From Gonapodya sp. JEL0774 (Eukaryota): a stretch of DNA of 64,000 bases. Every line of letters starts with the position of its first letter. Position 1 is the first letter of the stretch. The DNA lies in NCBI GenBank assembly GCA_027604505.1, contig JADIIX010000011.1, forward strand, positions 186,001 to 250,000, given 5' to 3'. Positions 12,854 through 24,262 of the stretch are shown here, piece after piece. A program made the translations under genes and the position numbers. Below the pieces are notes generated by a model. It was not told the DNA's origin and ran no database searches. It saw only the letters and a program-made list of their open reading frames with translations.

Positions 12854-15355
12854 TTGGATCAGAAGGTTGCTTTTATCAGTCCTCCTGGGCTAGCGACGCC
12901 ACGATCTGTCCGTCACCGCAGAGAAACACCACAGCCCGCCAGCATGGCTACAGAGGGAGGAAAGAGCGCTACTTGGAGTGATAACCACCCAGAAGCTGAT
13001 CCTTTGAGAGCGGGACTTGAAAAAACGTTTGACTTCCGTTTACATCCGGATGCGGGATGTTCAGATGTTCATGGGATTGATGAGACTCCACTTCCACCTC
13101 CACCTCCAAATTCTTCGGCACCTAACACTCCTTTTATGAAAGTGGCTCCTGAACCGCATCATTTTGATATGTCGACGGTTGAAGAGCTGCGAGTGCCCTC
13201 CCATATCTTCCGCAAAAACTTGGATGCAACGACTCATCCCGCGATCTCAATCCATCGTCCTACATCCGCTCAGCTACCCTCATTTCTTAGTGATAGAATT
13301 CGATTTTACCGCTTATTTCGGCCAAAGACGCCACCCTCGCCCCACCACAGCGCTTCGCCGGAGAGAACGATCAAGACTTTAATGAAAGAAGTGAAGATAC
13401 CAGCACGTGGAAGTCGTAGGGCGAGAGTTGAGCACCACGTCCACGTTGCAAGCATGTGGATAGATACTAGAGAGATGTTTGTTGGAGAAGTAACCTCAAC
13501 GGCATGGTGGGTGGAAACTTTCGAATGGATGCGATGACCATATAGATGTCGCGATTCAAACGACTTTCTCTGGAAGTCTTAACGATCCAGTTGATGGGAT
13601 AAACGGAATGCAATCTACAATCAATTTATCGGAGAACTTGCTCTCCAGAGAACAAGAATGGAGGTTTGTGAAGGTGTGATTCACGAAACATTTCTGATTC
13701 CGACAATCCCCGGTTTTCTGTGTCTGTCAGTCTGAATCCTTTGACCATCACTGCGATCTCAGCAGACTTTATGCCCTCTAATACCATGACGTACGATCAG
13801 CTTTTTGATCAGTGCATGCCAGTGTGAGGGCACTTTGACTGTAGCACGAGTTACGATCCATTCTGCCACCACGAATTAATTCCTACTCCGAGCAGGTACA
13901 TGCGATTTTTGTGGTTCCGAGATACTCGACCAAACGAGCTCCTGGCCAGATCACGTCACGCAAAAAGTGTCAAATTCGGTTCAAGAGCCGTGATTGTACC
14001 CGGGTTCTACGAAGCGGAGGCGCTGAAGCGATCAATTTTGGAACAAAAGCTTGAAGTGGAAGTGCATGATAGGGATCCTAGGCTTGTTGGTGGAGGTAGG
14101 TAAAGCAATTGTTCGGATCGGCAAATTAGTGGTAGTTGATTTAAGCATCAAAACAGACCCATCAAAATCCATCCAATTTCATCGATCTCCTCACGGAGTT
14201 GCACAATTCTGTATGTTTCATCAAGTGGATGATTCTCTTATCAAAATCACTTGAAAGCTGGTGTGGTTTTTAACAGCCTTGACAGACCTTGTGTACGGTG
14301 TCACTTCCCTGAACCTCACAGCCACTGTTCTCCCGGCACGACATCGATGCGGCATCGATATTTCCATTCCACCTGGAGACTGGCTGAAACACGGAACAGT
14401 AGTGAAGCTGAAGCTCAAGCTCGGCCGACCGATGTTCGCCGAAGACGGCGATGGAGAGTCCACCATCGGCAAATTTGTGCAGCAACTCGTGCCAAGATAT
14501 CGCGTTGATGCATCCTCGGGAAAGTTTTCTAGGCTCGTGGCCATAATTGCGTTAGTTCACAGGCTCATTGGTGCCATTTCTCTGAATGTCCTTCTGAGAG
14601 TCTTCATTTAAAGGAAACCAGCTCAACACAGTGTCATGGATCTTTTGCTGCAATTAATTAGAGAATTTAACTGTGCTGTTCTCGGTCTCGACTCAGCAGA
14701 GTATTACAATCACCGATTGTCCCAGGAACAAAGGGAAAACCAAGAGTTGGTGGGTCTGGTTATCGCAGACCAAGAACCAGAGTTGTCTTCACCATGTTTT
14801 TCAGGATCTTTTGCAGGGCTTTCACGTGTTCGATTCAGATGTCTCGTTTCTCTTCCTCGAAGGTATTGCAGGGAGACAGATTGAGGAAATGTCCTCTGTG
14901 CTTCAGAACTTCCCGAGCGTTGCACGCATTATCAGCAATACCACATTAACTCATGGAACGCGCATTTGGAGGCACGTGCGTCCAGGCGTGTGTCACATAC
15001 TGTTGCGGCGGGATATCGCCCACCTCTTGAAAGATCCGGCGACCTACAAACTCGACGCCATTCCACGATCTTGCTATGCTACGGTTATCGCGCTAGGGAG
15101 GATTCTCAAAGGCGGGGAAGCTGAACTTCTTGACGGTGAAACTTCCTCTGGTGCATTTTTGACTCTCAGCCGAGGTAAACTATTCTTTTTTGTGCAACAA
15201 TACTGGGTGCTTATATGGCCTTGACACGATCAACAGTAACTCAATTCTCGGATTGCTTTGGAGAAGAGTTGGAGGAGGCGAATATTTTGCAGGTTCTCGA
15301 GGCGCAAACGCCCATCAAACCTCCATTTCGCGCGAGAAAGCCACGGCGAACTTAG
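12854..15355 (+). CDS. CFAP92: CFAP92/KIAA1257-like (DUF4550) cilia/flagella-associated protein, multi-exon; start uncertain (first ATG 12944)
   Basis: Motifs LEVEVHDRD, PHGVAQFSLTDLVYG, IPPGDWLKHGTVVKLKL, GFHVFDSDVSFLFLEGIAG recall CFAP92 from memory, not from a search; last exon ends TAG 15353-15355. Confidence 0.7.
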
Positions 15356-15568
15356 AGGGTTTTAGAGAAGATTTAGTAGTAATTTTCGTTGATTTACACT
15401 GTCATTCGAAAAAGATTCAGAATATCATTTGATCATTTCACGAAGGGGGGTTTTGGGACAGGAGGATCTTGTCGAAAGCACTGACGACCCAGGGATCTAG
15501 TTTCATTTTGTCCGTGAATTCTCGTGGCTTCAATGCTGCTTTCTCAGGGCTATTCGTTGTCAGGCGTT

Positions 15569-16484
15569 TCATGACCTCGCAGGCTAATTCGTAATGGCGT
15601 AACTACCATAGCGGGAATTTTTGGAATGAAGAAGGAAACGAGTACTGAGCGGACTCACAAGCAGTATCTGATCAAGGGGAACAAAAACACCTCGCTTTGG
15701 TTCACACTGAAAGTATCGGATACCGCCTACACTGCCGTCATTCTTCCCCACCGGAGAAGAGAGCTCCAATCCTGAGAGGAGAGATGGAACTTGAACAAGA
15801 GAACAGACTGTTCCTTCGCCACAACATACCTGCCCATTTTCCTTTCTCAAATTTTGTTGTGCCGACGAAGCGCAAAACTCCGACTCTTCCATCACTCTTC
15901 ACTCTCATGGTGTCACCGACAGTAAACTTGTAGTGCGAGGCTTTGGCTATATATACAGTGAAGTCTTGAACCGTGAGACTCCCTTTCTCATCCGCGTCGA
16001 GTATTCGGAAAACAACTGAATCAGACGAGAGGGTTAGTGCGCCGAGCGGTGAACAATGTGAGAACGCTACAATTGGTGGGTAGGTCCCAACAACACACTT
16101 GACAGTTTATTGTCCAAACTTGCCCCTTTCCAATCAGAAAACGCAGCTAGGAACAGTTCGAATGTCACAGCGTGGGGTCCCTCCTGTAAATTGTCGGGGA
16201 AGAGAACGTCGAATATCTATTTTAGTGAGTCAAAGCCATCATCATCAGGTTCAGCATCAATCTCAAGAATCCAACACAGCCACTCTGACCCGTTTTAAGG
16301 TCCAATCACTCTGCATTCGAGCAACAAGCCCGCTGTCCGTCTTGCTTGTGTCACTAGACAGTAGTTGGGCATATCGAACTGAGCAGAGCTCAATTTCCGC
16401 GATTGTTAAATTCGGGTGAGCTTTTCTTAATCTGTAAAGGTCTTCCGCTGTTAAGGTTCGGTGTGCGGATGCGTTGGCTCCCAT
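15569..16484 (-). CDS. Putative N-myristoylated EF-hand (recoverin/calcineurin-B-like) plus CAP-Gly protein, 5 exons
   Basis: Exons 16484-16290, 16216-16099, 16015-15830, 15771-15659, 15583-15569 joined by in-phase GT-AG introns: MGANAS...LTAEDLYRLRK...IFDVLFPD...VTFELFLAAFSDWKGASLDNKLSIVFRILDADEKGSLTVQDF...VGDTMRV...[49 protein letters not shown]. Confidence 0.82.
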
Positions 16485-16537
16485 CAGCTGGCGTCTGAAT
16501 GTGGCGTGCCTGTGGTTCGACAACTACAACTATCACA

Positions 16538-19500
16538 TTACTCATTCAATACAAGAATTTTCTCGATCCGTTGTGCTATTGCAGATTGTAAAATTGTCAG
16601 TTTCTTCTGACAGGCAAAAAGTTCAGATGTGGGACACGACTCAAGTAATTGCCTCTTCCGTAACAAAATGTCCAAGTGCTCTCCAACTGAAACATCATCC
16701 TCTAGACTCGAAATAAATTGTTGCCGTGAGGGCCGAATCCCAGGATCCACAGTGTCACTTTCATGTGCAGAGCACGGACCAGCTGTCACTTTTTGGGACG
16801 CGCTAGTGCTGGCGATAGGAGATGAGCTCGGATCGTCAAGTTGAATGGTCCCTCGCCGCTCCTCACTCGGCCGTCGGACGGGTGACGACGCACCAAGGCG
16901 CGGTGACGAGGATGGGAGCGCACTGGAATTAGATCGAAGGCTCTTCGAGGGTTTCGAACTTTGAAGAAATGTAGGGCTGTTGAAAGAAGCGGCTTTCCGT
17001 TTCTCTGGTGGAAAAATTTTCATAACAATCTCCGGGAATGCGCACGGAGAGCGGTAAAGTCACTGTTCTCACTTGTTTCAGTCATTACCAGCGGTGGTTC
17101 GACAGTGGGTTGGGAGTTGCCGTCAAGGCTGTTAAACATCAGGGGGACAAAAGGTCTCGTCTGGCGATCGTCCTGTTGAAGCGAGTTAGATGGCGTCAAC
17201 ATGCGTGATGAGATGTCTCACGAACCCGGGGATCGTGTTGGTCCGCAAAGTGAGCATTACTTCCAGATTCATCTGCTATTGGCGCTATCGGTACAAAATC
17301 TTGAGAATTGAATGCTCCCACAGGAGTAGGTGCCCAATCGGCGTTCGCAGGTCGGTCATGCGCATGTGTCGTTCGGAGAAACGTGCTCGCGAACTTGCCT
17401 GGAACTCCATTTCGGTTGGCAAACACATGCAAATTGAAAATATGTCGGGACAATCACCGGTGATTGGGAGCTCAATCTCCACAGGTGTGACTGGGGTCTG
17501 CGACTCTTGGATAGACGGTCCAAGCCATTCGGGAACATCTGTCAAATTTTCCTTGATGTTCGCAAATGTGCGCTCGAAAAATTGTTTCGCTATGGATCGA
17601 GCTCTTTGTCTATCGTCCTTGATGGCAAGCTGGGGATACAAACGAAACAAAACAAATGTTTGTGAATGGCGGGCCAGAAATAAACAGACATTAAAATGCT
17701 CACTTCTAGTAAAGGGCAAATTGTGTTCAGGAAACTCTGGCCGTCTACCACCTTAACATTTTCCAAAACTTTGAAACATTCCTCCCAGCAGGTCCGGAGA
17801 CGAGCAATATCGCTGTCCACACAAAGTCGGAATGTCTCAGTCAAATCTAATGAATGCCTTAAGAGGGCATCTGGCACAGAGCGAGCCACCACAGGAATCA
17901 CGGAAATAAACGGTTCCACCCAATCCACCGGTTCTCCAACGTTTCGGAGCCGAAGCAGTTCATTTCCGGTTTCTAGGAGGAACGCAAGCAATCTGGCGTA
18001 AGAATCGGTGATGCTTGAGGAAGAAGAAACAGATTTTATACCGAGAACGCTTTCCTTATGTTGTTTGGCTATGTGAACATTTACCTTCGTCGATTGCGTC
18101 CATAGACGGCTGTTGTCGCCGCCCTCTTGCCGAGATTTGATGAACCCATTACAGCCCATCGTAATCTATGACACACGGATGTTATGGAAGTGTGAACATC
18201 GAATGGCGAATCGCTAAAGGGCTCTTCAGCTTACCCTGACACACTTCGGGAAGACACTACCAAATTCACGATTCTTTCAATCAGTCTGTCTAAGCTTACA
18301 GAACCAGTTTTAATCGAAACGGTCGATTTAAATTGGTTCAGCAATGCGGTCCAAACACAAGCAAGATCCTCATTGTAATCGTCGGGAAGGTAAAACGGAT
18401 AAGCCAAGGTTGACACCAGTTCTTCACACTTAGTTTCGTCCAAGTCTTCGGAAACCTCATTTGTACGAGCAATATGTTTCTGATACTCCTGAGCTGGCAA
18501 AGGTGACAAATTTGAACATTAATGGACTAAAACGTCGTTGTATCCACGTACCGATTACACTCCAGATTCGCAGGTGGCGAGTCCCACCTTGCGACGCGAC
18601 TTGAATCAGAATTGAATATAACAGGGTGACCTGTACGCGAAAATTGTTGAGTGACTGCGAGACTATAATTCATACGGGACAAGGTAGAAGAAAGCTTACA
18701 GCGTTGGTCTTGGCGTTTGCCCGCGAGGCGATCTCCATGCACACCTGCAGTACACAATTTTCCTCCTCGTCACTATCTTGGTGTGGCATTGCCAGCCATA
18801 GCGCCAGTACATCGCTCATCCTTGTCCACTGTGTTCTCCCAACCGCCTCTTCTGCCCATGGCAAGGCTTGCTCTTGTCCAAACGGCGGTGCGGGGCGGCT
18901 CTTCTTCCAGAACACTTTGTCAGGTACAGTTTTAAGTAGGGCGTCGGTGAGGATACGTGGTAGGCCAGATGGAGATCTACCGAAATGCGAATGGATAGAG
19001 CTGAGGAAGGTGAGAAGCTGGTCGAAGGCAGTTTGGAGAATTTGAAGCGGAGTAGAGACTTCTGGTAGTCCTAGGACAGCTACGGATTTTAAAATGCGCT
19101 CCCATATTCGAACGATTTGAGTTTGCTTAATCCCATTCGAAGCCAGTTGAATGGCGAATGAGCCTTTTACGGATCCGGTACATGTCAAAGTTTCATTCAC
19201 CTGTTCCACTTTGCTACTTCTCGCCTTATCATCGTCCTCGACAGACTCAACGTCCTGTCCCGGCCGTTTCGCCATCCATTCCAGAAGCGTCAAAGTACCC
19301 GGCAGGACCTCACGGAATGTCTTGACGTCAAGTGGGTTCACGTTGGATGGTTGAAAGTCACCGAGAAGCATGCGAGGATTCGGCTGGATGTTTTCTGATA
19401 TGAGAGAAGGAAGCGGTTTGTGAATCCTAGAAAGCATGAAGGAAAGCACCGATGAACAACATAACAAACCTTTTACTGTGTTAAGACTCAGTAGGTTCTC

Positions 19501-21335
19501 CAAAACCTCAAGCACGGTGGCCTCGACCATCCCACCCCTGCCAGTCACAAGTCTCACCATGCTCGCAATGACAGGTTCGAAAAACTTAATAACACAGTCA
19601 CAAAATCAACTCCTTGTCGACTCGTCCGATCTCCACCTACACTGCACCTACCTGTCCCACTCCACTTCCCACAACAAAAACAATTCGAACCCAGCAATCT
19701 ACCGCGAATTTTGACACCCCATCTTGATCCTCAGGCAGCGCGACCCGTTCGAGCACAGGCACAAGGGCGAGGTTAATCATCTTCCCCCGCAGGATGTAGT
19801 TGTCTTGTGCAAGGCAGTACAAAAGATAGCGCCAAGCACGGTAGGCAGCGATTTTGTGCGAAGGGGACTTTTCGTTGAAAGACTTGTTGAAAAAGGATGA
19901 ATTAAGTCGAGTGCGGGTTTGCGGTCAATGAACACCATTGAGTCATACCTTTTCCACAACTTTGAGGAGGTTGTTCAAATATGGCGTCCTATGCAAACTC
20001 GACCCCAACACCGCGACCGCCACTCCCCACACCTTGAGCTTCTGTTCCGGCGTCGTATTTTTCATTTCCCCGACAGCCTTCGAAAATGAATCACCGTGAC
20101 TCTTAAGCCATTCTGTCAAGACTTCCTTGCTGACGGTACAGCGCTCATCGTCGAGAAAAGCTTCAACAGCAACGAGGGCTTTATCAGAGATGGCCCTATT
20201 TGGATAGGTGAGGAGAGTGAGTGTGAACGGAAACCATTGGCGAATGTATGCTGGACTAGCAAATACGAGGGGAATCTGAGAGAGGAGCTTGGTGACGAGC
20301 TGGAGAAATCGATCCTTCCGTCAAGTAAGTTTCTTGAGCTTGCTCGTGTCAAAACTTAGGCCTACGCACCGCAAGCCCTTCCACCTTCGCCGAATCGCTC
20401 CTGAGCTCCGCGGATCGGCCACTTAGCACTCCCGGAAGGACATCCATGATTTCCTTCAACAGCGGGGTAATGGAGCGTGGTGACAACCTTTGGACCCCGA
20501 GAACTTTGAGAGGTGGGGCACAAGGGCACCCGGGACGGGCATCAACCGTGTGGAAGATATGAGGGCAAAAAGCGTTTTGGAGTGTACACGGTGTTACTCA
20601 AATGTTAAACTCACCCCATATACACGCTGTGACGATGGATTTCTTCCCCCCCGCCGCTGCGGACTTTGCCCTCCCCACTACCGCCGCCAGCAACTTTTCC
20701 ATGAGCTGCACCAGCACAATATCTTCAAGCAGCAAACAACCACAAAGCAGACGCCAAAGCAAACATACAACCAGCTCATCACCATTCCTCCAAACGGAGG
20801 CCACTCTGCGGGAAAACTCACCTCCCCTTTCTTCCAAACCCTCCGCCCTGTACACAATCAAACCCACCACCCTCAGTGCTGCCAACTGGAGGGACTCATC
20901 TCCCTCCCCCCCTACATCTCGCTCCACGCACCGGGCCGCTTCGGCCAGCCGGGGTTGCGACCAGAGCAAAGGAAAAGAAGGGTGGGACGAGGGAAGATCA
21001 CGATATGTGGTCAGGAAGGAGGAGTAGAGGTCGGTCTGGTGAAAGGGGAATCGAGGATGTGGGATTGTGCGGGGTGGAGAAGATTGGGTGTGAGCGAGGG
21101 TGAAGCCGAGTTGATTCGACCCTTGCGAGCCCTCCCGCCTTCAAATCACAGTTCCAACATTCTCCCTCATCATGTTTTTCTATAAATCCGCGGACCTGTC
21201 GTCCCCTGGATTCGTTGTCATGGCACTCTTACGACACCGCAAAGATCTCATTGTTCAACCCACTCTATCCTTGACGCCTTTCACTGTCGCCAGACTGTCA
21301 ATGACCGTGACCATGCTTGAAGCAGGGTCGTTCAT
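16538..21335 (-). CDS. Large uncharacterised Leu-rich alpha-helical (ARM/HEAT-like) protein with Ser-rich C-terminal region, multi-exon
   Basis: Chain of minus-strand ORFs (20598-20969, 20116-20352, 18670-19560, 18231-18509, 17590-18159, 17285-17719, 16538-17023) with splice-like boundaries; plausible first exon MNDPASSMVTVIDSLATVKGVKDR from ATG 21335; family not recognised. Confidence 0.6.
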
Positions 21336-21739
21336 CGTGGAATGGTTCAGGACTAAGTGATTGAAAAGGAATGTTGCGAAGATGCCGCACACACCCGTCC
21401 AACCCCCCATGTGTTCATTCTAAGGAGTAACTCCATTATTTTCCAACAAACAGTCAATATCTTTGTAATACGAATCCAAAATCTGATACGTTTATGTCCA
21501 ACTTTCGCGTATAACGCACCTCCTCCCCACGATACAACCTTTCATTGGGCCATCTACTCGCTGCATTTCTCCCCCATTAAATGCACACTCCAGTTAGCCC
21601 CACAGCACTCTCTGACACGTATGGCCACCGAAACAATCTTTCCACCGTCCTATAACCACTTTCTTTCTTTCCAATCACAAGAATGCTCCACCGCATTCTC
21701 TGCGTTGACCACTACACGCCAACTCTGGTACATCCGCTC

Positions 21740-23834
21740 TCAGCAAGCACAAGCATCTCCACTCATCTGTTTCGGCTCGGCATCCACGCGGATATGGTCC
21801 GGGAACTCCCTGCAAGGCATCCAAAATCAAACCCACAAAACAGGTCGAATCGACAACCCATGGAACAGAGAGAGAAAGGCTGATCAGTCTTCGCCAAGAA
21901 ACCAATGGTGTTTCAACTACTCACACCTCCACATCCTGCTCTTGCGCGAGCGCCATTTTGGCGACGGCCTGGAACGCCGGCTCTACATTAATGGCCTCTT
22001 TCGCGCTGGTCTCAAAGTACGGAATTGACCCCTTGGACTGACACCAATGCATGGCGCGTTTCGCGGTGACCTGGGTTCAAAAATTTGTCAGAGACGAACT
22101 TCGTACATGAGGAAATGGGCAGCCACTCGTCAAGTATTTCTTAGTATGTACCTGCCGTCGTCCTTCCTCAAGGTCGACCTTATTGCCCAGGACGAGGACT
22201 GTCGAGGTGAGAACGTGACGAGCATTTGAAGTGGTGAAAGGGGAGGTAAAAGGAGAAAGAGGAAGTTGACGGAAGGTGCGCAATAAGCAAGGATATCATT
22301 CCAAAATGACGATATCCCTTGGCACCGACGAATAGGAGCACATATTCGACATTTACAGAGCACCATCGGAAATCGAAAAAAAAAGAGTATTGCTGGGACA
22401 TATCTGAGATCCACACAACCTGAGACCTTGTGTCCTTGCCCGTCCCACTCAGAACCCCATCTCATCCTCCACTGTCTCAATTCCGTCCGCGCGGTACCCA
22501 TCATCTCATCATCTGCATCTCATCCTAGAAACTTCCATGCAAGCNNNNNNNNNNCCACCTCCCCCCAAAACAAAAATGACGACCAGCATCCCCAGTACTC
22601 ACAAGGGAAGTTATCCGGATCCCTGGGACTGGCTTGGACCAAAAACTCGTCCCTCCAGCTATCCAATGTTTCGAAGGATTTCGCGCTGTTCACGTCGTAG
22701 ACGAGCACACAGCAGTCAGCGCCACGGTAAAAGGCCACACCGAGGGATTGGAACTGCAGTCAAGGTGGAGAAGGTTTGAATTGTTGAGTTTCGAAGAGGA
22801 GGAAAGAAAGGAGTAAATGTGATGATTGATGGCAAGATTGGCCCCGATGAGTAAGTGCTCATTTGCTTACACGTTCTTGTCCGGCAGTGTCCCAGATCTA
22901 GTGTCCGACGTATAAGGAGTCACGGATGAGGGAGAGAATAGCGCAAGAGAGAGATGGGGAAGCGAGACGGAATGGGGTAGGGTGAAACGGTGGAACGCAA
23001 CGTGAAATTGATGAGCACGAAGTATCGCGCTGATGGAAAGGTGGACATCCGAGCTTCCTGGAGGCCAAACCATCGAGAAAAAAGACAGGCGAGGTCCAGA
23101 TTTGTGCCAAAATTCCCTCCGGCTATTTGAAAACGACGGCCGTCCAGTACGATTTGTTCTGTGCGCATTACCCCGGCTCGCCCCGATGGAGCTAGGACGC
23201 TGGCCCCGCCAACACGCTGTGAGATTTCCGTACACACCTGCATGGTAACGACTTTATCGTCCACCGCGACTTCCTTCGTCAGAAAATCCGCGCCGATGGT
23301 GGCCTTGTATTGGTTACTAAACTGGAATGTTTAGGGAGAACGTGAAGGGACGACGTAGATAAAGTCGAATTCCGGAGAGCATACCTTCCTGTTCACAAAC
23401 TGGTTCATGAGTGACGTTTTCCCTACACCGGAGTCGCCTGGTTGTGAGGTGGGAAGATAAAGGAGTTCGTTGCCCACATGCTTCTGCCAACAGTCCAGTC
23501 AGGCCGCCCACGATCACCGAGAGTCCACGCATTGACGAGTGGTTATGAACCTCCAGTACCTCCAGTAAGACGACGTTCCCTTACACGGATTGACGGCATG
23601 GGCCTCTGCTTAGAAGCTCCTCCATGTCTGCCACCCGCCAACTCTTTCATCAAAAGAACGTACCAAGAATAATAACTGAGAGAAAGGAAGGTAGAAGTGG
23701 AGTAGGGAACCGGTGAAAGGGGTAAGATGGAGATTGGCCGAGAGAACAGCGAGCGATGATCGAGTGAGTGTTGGAGTTTTGTGATGGGCATCGCGGTCGT
23801 CACCTTTGAGCAGGGGTTTCCTACGAGATGCCAT
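21740..23834 (-). CDS. YPT7: Rab7/Ypt7 small GTPase, about 9 exons including a 12-nt microexon
   Basis: [86 protein letters not shown]-terminal CAC prenylation motif. Confidence 0.97.
22545..22554. other. Assembly gap (10 N) inside a Rab7 intron
   Basis: Run of 10 N. Confidence 0.99.
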
Positions 23835-24262
23835 AGTTTGAAAGAAGGGTAAGGAAGTTGGTTGATGTGGGGGTGCAAAAAGTTGTTGTGGGGAGGTGGT
23901 GATGATTCCAACACAGTCAGTTCGTAGGTGGAAAGATCACACATCGATCACGCCCATGCATATTTTCATGCAACTCCCACACCTCCGCGTACTAAAGTAT
24001 CAATAGACGGTGTCCCGTGAGGAAGCTTTGAACTAAATGACCAATTGAGTGAAGCGTCTTTAAATAGCCAAAGAGCGACACACAAAAGCATGCTCATCGT
24101 AGCCACAAGCTGTTTAAACCGACTGGATGGGAATATTTGCAAAGCTGGATCTTGGTCATCTAATCTCTGTCGAAATCCCAAACCGGAGAGCCGACCAAAG
24201 CCGGAGAGTCAATTCTTCATTCGCCACGGCGACACCGACACCGACCTGTTCACCTTCTCGAG

